DNA of 49,253 bases, counting the filler, from Stramenopiles sp. TOSAG23-2 (Eukaryota), in NCBI GenBank assembly GCA_900128395.1. It is 2 parts of 2 records of this genome, joined end to end, with 100 filler letters (N's around TTAATTAATTAA, not from the genome) between each part and the next. Parts side by side here need not be neighbours in the genome. Positions count along the whole stretch, not along the records: positions 24,693 to 49,253 come from LT649463.1; 1 more part is not named here. One strand, 5' to 3'. The position numbers were made by a program, and so were the translations under genes. The notes under the pieces were generated by a model. That model had not been told where the DNA came from. It saw only the letters and a program-made list of their open reading frames with translations, and ran no database searches. Of the stretch, positions 24,693-34,061 are shown piece after piece. Positions within the stretch are counted from its first letter, which is position 1, and every line of letters begins with the position of its first letter.

Positions 24693-25096
24693 GATAGTAA
24701 TAAAAGTTGGATTTATCTACTAATTGTTGTACTACTTTCATCCTCTCGGTGAGGAAATTCCAAATCGAAATGCCAAATTGAAAATAACACCCCTTGTGTC
24801 TATGCTATTGGTTTTAAGCGTAGTACAATGCTAGCATATATCTATCATGGACACAGCATGACCTACGATCCAATTTTGCGTGTGAGCAATCGTGATTAAT
24901 GACCAACAAGAGGAACAGCTTGACAGCAGCGAGGGTGGGTGTTAATGCTATGTCTATGTCGAATGCAAATAGCACTACATAGCATTGGATTTATATATAT
25001 TTGAATATATATCAAAAATTCACAATTTTATTAATGATGCGGCTTACAGTAAGCAATTACTTATGCATATCAATAGTCTCTTCACTTATGTTGAAG

Positions 25097-25169
25097 GACC
25101 GTGTGGCGAAACGGTTATCGTATCAGACTTCGGATCTGAGGGTTGCGGGTTCAAATCCCGTCTCGGTCA
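25097..25169 (+). tRNA. tRNA-Arg (anticodon TCG)
   Basis: Cloverleaf: acceptor GACCGTG/CTCGGTC (one T-T mismatch), anticodon arm TCAGA-CTTCGGA-TCTGA and T arm GCGGG-TTCAAAT-CCCGT. An oligo-T Pol III terminator follows immediately. Confidence 0.93.
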
Positions 25170-25613
25170 AATATTTTTTTGCCTTCTGAATGCACCAGTC
25201 ATCATCTTTACTTCATCATCTTTCATTTTTTCTACTTTTTTTTTCAAACGGATGTCTCGAAGTGTAGATATTTTCTTTTGAAAAAATGTTCTTATAATTG
25301 ATTAGGTATTTTTTATTGCTCACTCCCTCGTCTCTCCCCCCTCTCACCATCACCCTCCTCCTCCCTTCCATCTGTCAAAAGATTTTTTTTTACAGCAGCA
25401 ATGAGAGAGAGTGTGTGTGTGTGTGTGAGGGAGAGAGAGAAAGGTAAGAGTTTCTTTGTTAGAGTTTCTTTTATTCAAATGACTTCTTGAAAAATGCAGG
25501 TAAATGTGTAAAATATTGCGTAAGAATTATTGATGTAAATACAGCAGAGAGATACGCCTTGTTTATAGGTAAGACAAACGCCTGGAAACAAGTATAAATA
25601 TTATAGGAATATA

Positions 25614-26561
25614 TTAGAATATTATAATACCAAATTTCCTAACAAAAAACAAAAAACAATGCACAGCCAACAAATATATAAAAATATATATAAAAATATA
25701 TATAAAAATATATACGATAAAATGCAATAAGTTTTTTGAAAATATTCTAGCCACTGGACCAACTGCTGGCATTTGGGATATAATCCGTCCTGGCAGCTTC
25801 GCGAACTCTCTTAATGACATATTATTTCCTTGTTTAAATTGTAACAAAACCGCCACAGCATCTTTGATATTATTCTGTTGGCGTTGAGCTGCTTGTACTG
25901 TCATTTTCATGGAATCTAATATAAACCCTAGGTGTATACAGATTCTTGATGGTTTCGTCATTGATTTCGGGAGGTTAATTATAAGCCCCAAATCGGTGTA
26001 TAATTGTACAATCAGTCTTGATTTTACTACTGCTTCTCGAAGAGATTGCAGCATAAAAAGGCCATCATCTAAATATACCGAGGATCGTGGTATTTTCATA
26101 TTCTGACATATGTAGAAGATGACTTGCTTAGCCAACATTTGAAAAGCAAATGGACTGAAACTGGCTCCCATAGGGAGGGCCAGCATTCTATAATATTCAC
26201 CATTAATTGTAAAACCAAGAAATTTTTGATGTTTTTCATTTACTCCTAAATGGTAATATGCTTTGCTTAAATCTACGGAAATAAAATAATCTCCCTTAAA
26301 AATCATACGCCGAATAACCTTAATAGTCTCCAATTTAAAATTGTATTTTTTCATAAAGTTATTTATATACCGCAAGTCAATTATAAAACGTACTTTTACC
26401 CCATCGCTAACAACAATAACACCAGATAATCGCTGGAAGATGTTGGCAGAGAGCAATATAATATACGAAACGTTTGGTATCAATGTGGTACCAGCATATA
26501 TGGACATTGCTGAGATACCAACATTACATGAAGCAAGTGATGAGCAGGACAAGCAATCCAA
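25614..26561 (-). mobile_element. DIRS/Ngaro-type (tyrosine-recombinase retrotransposon) reverse transcriptase domain, isolated; RT homology about 25730-26430
   Basis: RFIIDLRYIN, FKLET, SVDLSKAYYH, LPMGASFSPFAF, YLDD, LGLIINLPKS and HLGFILDS are typical DIRS RT motifs. No RNase H, gag or recombinase is seen nearby. Confidence 0.85.
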
Positions 26562-27053
26562 GCAGCAATTGTTGACATTCTGCCATACGCTGTTAAGAAC
26601 ACGGCATCAACAATTATATATGCATATTGAACATATCGGTATGCAACAGCAAGTACAATTTTGTACAAGGTGAATAATATATGCATGTTTCTCGTTGCAA
26701 GAATGTCACATTTTTTCATGTTCACAATTAGGGTATTAATGCTATTCCTATGTTATATTTATCTGATGCTATGCCCTTGCTGCCTCCACTTCCTCCTATC
26801 AAGTGGTATACTACTCCCCTTACAACTACAATACATCAAAATGAATGAAAAAAAAAAAGGGAAAAGGGCGAGGAGTTTTTTTGCTGGTTTGATGAAAGGT
26901 GAAAAGAGAGGGCAAACAAGAACTAAAATATAAATAGATGTACGTGTAGTTCATACGTGTAGATAAACACACAATACATTGTAGATATATAGGTATAACC
27001 AATATTATTATTTATATATATATTAGCAATAACGGATGAGGTAGATATAAAAC

Positions 27054-28745
27054 ATGAAGTTACAAATGATTAGTATATTTTTCATATGGCTTCTTGTGTC
27101 ACACGAAGGTATTACTTTAGGTGCAAGAATTCATGCAAATGTATCACCAGAAGAGTTAGTAGATGCAATGGATGATAGTAACGAACCTAAAGAAAAAGGA
27201 ACAAAGGCACATAAGATTATGGGCTCAGCTATGTATGGATTTTTCGATGGTCTATTCCACGGAGCTTTATCCGATGGCATTAATTTTGTTAAAAATGGTG
27301 GTATTGGCAAAGTCGGTAAAGGTATTAAAGAGTTACCTGGCAAGCTTGACTTGAGAAAAGCATTTACGGATAAAAAATGTGAAATAGGTTCCCACAAGAT
27401 AAAAAAATCGTTAAAACGTATTGGTCGCCATGCAGGATATTTTGCTGGAAATTTGACAAAAATTATCAAAACTCGCTCTTTAAAGTTACTACATAGTAGT
27501 GGAAAAGATTTATCCCATGCTTTAAAGCACTTTCTTCGTCATGCCGTCTCGTTTATTTTTAATTGTCCAGGAACCAAAATGTTGGCAGTCGTCGCTGGGC
27601 TAATCATGGTTGGAGTTGCGCTTGTAGGACTCGTAAATGCAGGTACTGGTGGGCTTATGATAATTTGGCAAGTGCTGAATCTTATATTTGCTGGAACGTA
27701 CATTCGTAATAGACTTAGACATATGCGGAAATTAAAGAAAAAGATAAAGTCAGGGACATGTGAAGGCTCCAAGTGCAAGCTTGGTATGGTAGAGGCTAGA
27801 TTTTCGATTGTCGGTGCTATAACAGAAGTGTTGTTATTGTCTTGCAAAGGTCTTATTTTACATGCTGGAAAATTATTGTCCAAAGTTGCCAAGTCACTAA
27901 AAATCAAATTTGCCCCTTCAATTGCAAAAGATTTCGGTGTTTTATTTAAATTTATGAAAAAAGCGAAGAAAGGAAAACCAGTAGATGTTGCAGCTATGAA
28001 TACAAATCTTCAGTCTACACCATGGTTGTTTAATGGAGATATTCGCACTGCGCGACAAGTTATGGAGACAGCAGGCAAAGTATCCAAAAATTCTGATATA
28101 GGTAAAATAGCTAATACATATTCACCAGTAGTAAAAAAAGTCGAAAATGTCGTGGATGCGATGCAAAAGGGACATGCACGACATCAAAAAGCCATGGATG
28201 CTCTTAAAGCAGGACATGCAAAACACCAACAAGCCATGAATGCTCTGAAATCGAAGCTTGGAATGGCAAAAAAGGTCAAAAAATCCGAGGACATTATTGA
28301 CAATGCCGCAGATGTTGGAAAATTAGGGAAACTAGCAGACACAACTAGTGCAGTCGCACAAAATCGAAAAAATTTTCTAAATGGTGTAACTAAAGTTTCT
28401 GGACAAGCGGAAAAAGCTTTAGGAACTGTAGGTAATGCAGCAACTAAAGTTAGAAATCATGTTGAAAAAGGAGGCCGGATTGGAAAGGCAGTAGGAAATC
28501 AAGTAAAAAAAGTAGAAAAGGCTGCTGGGGAATATAAAGATTTAGCTAAAACTGTAGGTACATACACAAAAATGAGTGGAGATGTGTATGATAAAGTAGA
28601 TAAAGCTGCCAAAGTTGCTAAGAAAGTAGACAACGCAATCGTCACTACAGGAAAAGTTGCAAAGAAAACTGAAAAAATTGCAACTCCATTAATCATGGGA
28701 TCCCATGTTATTGCCGCAGGTACTAATAGTAATGAGGAGGATTGA
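27054..28745 (+). CDS. Putative secreted/membrane protein with basic amphipathic helical repeats, function unknown
   Basis: 563-aa ORF with a signal-like N-terminus, a central hydrophobic hairpin (MLAVVAGLIMVGVALVGLV..LMIIWQVLNLIFAG) and a K/A/G/V-rich C-terminal half. Confidence 0.8.
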   Translation: MKLQMISIFFIWLLVSHEGITLGARIHANVSPEELVDAMDDSNEPKEKGTKAHKIMGSAMYGFFDGLFHGALSDGINFVKNGGIGKVGKGIKELPGKLDLRKAFTDKKCEIGSHKIKKSLKRIGRHAGYFAGNLTKIIKTRSLKLLHSSGKDLSHALKHFLRHAVSFIFNCPGTKMLAVVAGLIMVGVALVGLVNAGTGGLMIIWQVLNLIFAGTYIRNRLRHMRKLKKKIKSGTCEGSKCKLGMVEARFSIVGAITEVLLLSCKGLILHAGKLLSKVAKSLKIKFAPSIAKDFGVLFKFMKKAKKGKPVDVAAMNTNLQSTPWLFNGDIRTARQVMETAGKVSKNSDIGKIANTYSPVVKKVENVVDAMQKGHARHQKAMDALKAGHAKHQQAMNALKSKLGMAKKVKKSEDIIDNAADVGKLGKLADTTSAVAQNRKNFLNGVTKVSGQAEKALGTVGNAATKVRNHVEKGGRIGKAVGNQVKKVEKAAGEYKDLAKTVGTYTKMSGDVYDKVDKAAKVAKKVDNAIVTTGKVAKKTEKIATPLIMGSHVIAAGTNSNEED

Positions 28746-29123
28746 GTGTGATATTTTATTTTTTTATATTATTTAATAATTTAGTTTACGCATATAATTT
28801 ATTGTTTTTAATTTACTCATGATAATTCCTACTCTATCATACTTCAAAAGAATAAAATAACTGAAATAATCTATCTCACACTAGTGTGTTGATATTCTCA
28901 TAATCGAGAATACCAATGAAGGTAAAGGGGGGTTTTATTTTATATACTTTCGTATAAAAAAGTACGACGTATATATAATATAATCTAGATATATATAGAA
29001 AGAGTATACTGTTCGTAAAATCTTGCGGGTAATGATAATGACACTCTTTTCTGCGATTTAATAATAAAAATCTGATCTCTGTGTCTCAATCTTTTTAATT
29101 TCTCTGTAATCCTCTTTTTCCTT

Positions 29124-30161
29124 TTAGCCCATTGTAGCAATACCAGCTGCTATGCAAAAACCAAGTGCTGCACCCATTCCAATATTTGTAATATCTTGTG
29201 TTCTTTTAATAGCACTTGCCTTCAGTTGTATTTCCTTATCCTTTGCATCATCCACAAATAGTGTATTTGAAACTTGCGAATCACTACCATCACCTGGATT
29301 TCCCATTGCTTTGAACTTTTCTTGGTATATTCCTTTCAAATTTTCATATGCTTCAACAACTTGTACAAAGCCGGCTTCATCCCCATTACCTGTATCTGGG
29401 TGTAATTCTCTTGCTTTTCTTCGATATGCTTTTTTGATGAGGGATGGATTCATATCGACTTTCATTTTGGTTAAATCCAATACTGCAAAATCATCAGTAG
29501 ATGGCAACGTTAAATTTGAGCGTATAATTGGCATACAAAAATAAAATGCACATGCTACTATTACAGTGACAAGAATAACATTCATCGTAAAAATGTTACT
29601 AGAATTCCCACCATTATTATTGTTACTGCTTTTACTTTTGGATCGACCTCGTTTTGTTTTTCTAACAGTGGTAGTAGTAGTAGTAGTTGTCTTTTCCACA
29701 ACTTCATCGTCATCTGAATCGTCATCAAGATCATTTACATACTCTTGACCATCTTCTTCATCACTACCTTCTAAACCTCCATCCATATGAACTTCATCTT
29801 CTTCACTGTCTTCTGGATTTTGATATACTACTTTTTTATTCGCTTTTCTTTTACTTTTACTTCGTCTTGCTGGTTTTTTCTTCGCCGATGATACTTTTTT
29901 CTTCGGTTTAGGTGATGGTGATCTTCCTAGACGTTGAGCTATGATATCTATTTTTTCAGCTTTGCTTTTAGCAGATGATAACGACGGAGTGTTTACTTTC
30001 TTCTTGGTAGATACTTTTGGTGTGGACGATCTTTTCTTTTTCGTGCTATTTTTTTTCCCTGGTGTGACAGCTTTATTTGTTGAACTCGCATTTTTATTCA
30101 TTCTAGCTTGGATTTTTTCATACCTAGCTTGTTGTGCTGGTGTACGTGCTTTTTTTGGCAT
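29124..30161 (-). CDS. DnaJ-domain membrane protein
   Basis: J-domain DFAVLDL..IKKAYRRKARELHPD..FVQVVEAYENL lies between two hydrophobic segments. Confidence 0.85.
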   Translation of the reverse strand: MPKKARTPAQQARYEKIQARMNKNASSTNKAVTPGKKNSTKKKRSSTPKVSTKKKVNTPSLSSAKSKAEKIDIIAQRLGRSPSPKPKKKVSSAKKKPARRSKSKRKANKKVVYQNPEDSEEDEVHMDGGLEGSDEEDGQEYVNDLDDDSDDDEVVEKTTTTTTTTVRKTKRGRSKSKSSNNNNGGNSSNIFTMNVILVTVIVACAFYFCMPIIRSNLTLPSTDDFAVLDLTKMKVDMNPSLIKKAYRRKARELHPDTGNGDEAGFVQVVEAYENLKGIYQEKFKAMGNPGDGSDSQVSNTLFVDDAKDKEIQLKASAIKRTQDITNIGMGAALGFCIAAGIATMG

Positions 30162-30781
30162 TCTTTCTCTTTGTTGTTATCGTTATTGTAATGGTAATGA
30201 ATTATAAAATATACGTTAAAAGTAAATTTACGAATGATATTACAAATATATATATATATGTATGTATTATAATATGGATAATTATATTACAAATATATAT
30301 TTAAATATATATATTTGGGAATATGAAAAAAACAAACTGGCAAACCAGCAAAAACAACAAATAATAACTACTACTGTGCTGCTACTACTTAAAAAAAAAA
30401 CAGAGAGATTGGTGGCAATGTGGCGGAGGATGATGCATAATTCGAAATATTCTTTATATCCCTAATCTTAATCTAAATCTAAATCCCGGTGAAGCTGCTG
30501 CTGGTACATAGGTCGTTATTGAAAAGTATACAAATAACACTGTATAGTACGTACAGTATAAGACCTCCTCCTCGTCGTCGTAGATTTTTGTGTGAATTAT
30601 TCATGAATTCATCGAACACAACAAAAAAACTACTATTAATACAAAAACAAATTAAAATTGAAAATGGAATCCCCCAGTATCATCATCATCATCAAAGGAA
30701 ATTTGTTGTTTCTTTGAATGATTTTAGTGTAAATATAAGTAACTTCGTTGTAAAGTGGACAAAAAAAGTAAAGTAAGCACC

Positions 30782-31027
30782 ATGGCGCAATTAAGAAATA
30801 AGAATTTAATAGTTGGATTTGCATTAGTTGGTTTTGGTTTACTTGGTGCATCTTTACCTTTAATTATACGAACGGTGAAAGGGGATAATACAGTAGCAAC
30901 TGATAAACCTTTAAGTGGAACGGCTACTATGCGTGGACCATATATGAATACTGGTAGCAGGGACGTTGGACCCGATATACGTTATGATGTTAAAACTGGA
31001 ACATGGCATGGAAAACGGAATAATTAA
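30782..31027 (+). CDS. Small single-pass membrane protein of a conserved uncharacterised family
   Basis: A TM helix followed by KPL..ATMRGPYMNTGSRDVGPD, a motif I recall from small plant/algal proteins of unknown function. Confidence 0.75.
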   Translation: MAQLRNKNLIVGFALVGFGLLGASLPLIIRTVKGDNTVATDKPLSGTATMRGPYMNTGSRDVGPDIRYDVKTGTWHGKRNN

Positions 31028-31496
31028 ACTATTATGGTTTTTATCCTAAATCAATAAGTCCACTAATTTTGTATATATATAATTTAGAGATTTATAAATT
31101 TTTAAATGGAAAAATAAAAATATTTGAATATAAAAAATTAAAACACAATGTAAATAAAATAAATATTTTTCGTAAAATACGGTTTGTATATATATATAAA
31201 ATATACACGAATACTTCGAATAATATATATTATATTATATAATCTCTTCGTAAAACATAAATATATACCTAAAAATATTCGTACGAATCGTACATATGAT
31301 ACGTATATATTACATTTAAATATATTTAAATATGCATATATATATGAAATATATTTTTATAAAAATAATAAGAAGCTTCGTATATATGAATGACAGGAAA
31401 GAAAACACACACACGCGCGCGGGCTCACATAGATATGCATGTACAATAAAATACTGTAAAACCATCTTCTGCCGCCCTCCTGCCCACCCCAAAATT

Positions 31497-33320
31497 TTAA
31501 GTCTTTAACCATTTTGGTTTTTTCAATGATTTCTTTTTACTTCCACCATTGGAATTACTACTACTACTGTTACCTAAACTATTACTATTTCGTTTCCCTT
31601 CATTTAATGAAACTGGTGTCGACGTTGGGAAAAAGTTTTGATTGTTGTTACCATTATTGTTATTATTATTATTATCCAGGCTATTATCATTAATTGTTTT
31701 TTTTGCCATTTCCATAACTTGGGGTAAAATACAATTTCCACCACCATGTTTAGCGTTATTATTAAAACCAATATATACTAATGCAGCTGGTTGTAAACCA
31801 TTATCAGCTAATGTTAACCCTCGTTCCAATATTTGTTTTGGTGGTGTTACGTAAAAATACATTTCGTCCGTATTGACATGTTCAGCAAGTAAACATCTTG
31901 ATAAATAATTGATCACATCATTTATAGTTTCTCCAGGAGAAAAATTGCATTCAATCATCCAACTGTCACTAAATTGCATACGTAATAAAACAGAGTTATA
32001 AATTTTCATTTTTTCCAAACGTTCCAATTCTCGCATAGCTTTTGTACGAAAGTTTTCTTGTCGTTTTAATTCATCACGGCGTCGTTTCATCGTTGAAAGA
32101 ACTAATTGCGACTCGGTTAAATTTCGTTTACCATTAGTAGACGATACTTTTCTCATACCAACTTGCGTACTACTACCTTCTGTGCGATTGATTCCATGTA
32201 CCATACGAGCCAAACTTCCCCTTCTTGGTAAATTTCCAGGGGAATAGACATTTACATTTCGTTCATTATCTTTTGGTACAATTTGTTTTGATAATAATTC
32301 TTTTTGCCTCGCTTGTAATTTTTCCAATTTTACTTCAGTTTCTGATTTACTAGAAACACCACGTGGTTGTGGCGTCATACGCTTGATTTTAGTTTGATAT
32401 GGATTAAATTCCTGCATTGTTTTTTTCACTACATTTACTGTTTGTTCAATTTGTTGTCTCGAAGGTATTGCTGGAATCTCATCCGATGATATATTTAAAG
32501 CCATTGCTTCTTTATTTAAACGTACCATTGCATTGTATAATAATTTCTTATCTTCATTTCTTTCATTTAAAATCATTCTAGTATTATTATCACTATTTTC
32601 AAATCCAACAGATTTCAATACATCTATACCACCACGTACACGTCCAATTTTTTCATGAAAGGTGGGATTCTCAACACGAATTGAACGTTTCTTTATTTGA
32701 TATGTTGGTGTAATTAATACATTTCGTATCATTTTCATCAATGTTACAACGGTTACTTTTGCATCGGCATCAAATGCAGACGCTCGTATTTGTTTGATTG
32801 AATTATCAACATTTTCAATAGATATTCGTGGTACATCTTTTTTTTCATCAACTACAACAAATTCATCTTGGTCATTTTTACTAGCATTGTTATCATTATT
32901 ATTATTATTACTATTACTGCTGGCACTGCGAATATCCATTTCAGTTGGAACTATTGGCCTGTTTGTTGGAGGTATATTTAATGCATCTGCTTCTACATTT
33001 AATCTTTTCATAGCTTGCCAGATTTCTTTTTTATTTTCATCAATATTATCAAGTAAAATAGTATCTTTATTATTATTTCTTTTAAATCCTACAGCTTCTA
33101 ATACCATTATACCACCTTTTACACGTCCAACTTTGCCATGAAAGGACCTATTTGCCAATGCAACAGAGCGATATTTTGTCTCTGATGTGGGCGATAATAA
33201 TATATTTCTTAATAATTTCATAACAGTTAGTATACATATCGATGCATCTTCATCAAACGAACTATTACGAATTTGTTTTATAGCATTTTCAACTTTATCT
33301 TCCTCAACTAAATTAGCCAT
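31497..33320 (-). CDS. p97/Cdc48 cofactor with two PUB domains and a UBX domain
   Basis: Two PUB-like repeats (KLLRNIL..KYRSV..GGIMVLEAVGF and KMIRNVL..KRSIRVEN..GGIDVLKSVGF), a UBX region (RTKAMRE..LRMQFSD..TPPKQ..GLQPAALVY) and a C-terminal PKWLK. Confidence 0.85.
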   Translation of the reverse strand: MANLVEEDKVENAIKQIRNSSFDEDASICILTVMKLLRNILLSPTSETKYRSVALANRSFHGKVGRVKGGIMVLEAVGFKRNNNKDTILLDNIDENKKEIWQAMKRLNVEADALNIPPTNRPIVPTEMDIRSASSNSNNNNNDNNASKNDQDEFVVVDEKKDVPRISIENVDNSIKQIRASAFDADAKVTVVTLMKMIRNVLITPTYQIKKRSIRVENPTFHEKIGRVRGGIDVLKSVGFENSDNNTRMILNERNEDKKLLYNAMVRLNKEAMALNISSDEIPAIPSRQQIEQTVNVVKKTMQEFNPYQTKIKRMTPQPRGVSSKSETEVKLEKLQARQKELLSKQIVPKDNERNVNVYSPGNLPRRGSLARMVHGINRTEGSSTQVGMRKVSSTNGKRNLTESQLVLSTMKRRRDELKRQENFRTKAMRELERLEKMKIYNSVLLRMQFSDSWMIECNFSPGETINDVINYLSRCLLAEHVNTDEMYFYVTPPKQILERGLTLADNGLQPAALVYIGFNNNAKHGGGNCILPQVMEMAKKTINDNSLDNNNNNNNGNNNQNFFPTSTPVSLNEGKRNSNSLGNSSSSNSNGGSKKKSLKKPKWLKT

Positions 33321-34061
33321 TTTTTAATTTTTTTAAAAAATATATGGTATATATATATATTCGAACCCACTATATGATATACTTATGAAAATAATGCACA
33401 AAAGTCAAATTAAAAGACACACAAATACAATTTCTCTTGATATATATATATATATATATTATAGACTATATATATTGTATATCGTACACGTTCAATATTT
33501 ATGACTATCTATTATTCTATACATTTGTGATTCATTATTTTTATTATTCTTAGTCGTCATTTTTTTATTATATATTGTTGACTGTGATCTTCCACACACC
33601 AGCACACAACAGCATGATGCCTGCCCAGCCTGGAGCCTGGATGCATACAAGCAAAACCCTTAATTCTAGATTAATCTCCCAGCTCTCTCTAGGCTCTCTG
33701 GATTCTATAAATCGCAAATCCCTTAAAAATCCCTCAAGTAGAACAATCAGCCTCATCATCAGGTCATCAGCACATCAAATTAACATTAAATATACACATC
33801 ATTTTAGTACTATAATACGTACACTACCACGTATGTACTGCTAATAGAAGTGAAAAAAAAAGGTAGCACACGCCGGTATAGGTAGATTATCCGTTTTCAA
33901 TATTGCACTATTATGTACATTATTATTTTGTTTTATTATGTGTGTGCATATAAATTTAAAGATAGATTTCAGATGATGCTAACATATATACCTCTATAGT
34001 AGTACTAGTAGTAGTCGTCTTCGTCGATGTAAAACAGATATTTATTATTTAATAACACGAC

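Noticed and set aside
24944-24986. 10-bp inverted repeat AATGCTATGT/ACATAGCATT upstream of the tRNA
   Set aside because: It is a single short AT-rich stem with no supporting context and is compatible with chance.
24985-25281. Short ORFs overlapping 25097-25169
   Set aside because: They are explained by the tRNA-Arg gene and have no protein-like features.
25403-25440. GA/GT microsatellite and many AAT/TA/CA tracts
   Set aside because: These are ordinary simple repeats, pervasive in this genome.
25614-26561. Retron, DGR, group II intron or telomerase RT
   Set aside because: The motifs (DLR.IN, FKLET, DL.KAYYH, LPMG...SP, YLDD, IN..KS, LGF.LDS) fit DIRS/LTR-class RTs; no template/variable repeat pair, msr-msd or intron structure was seen.
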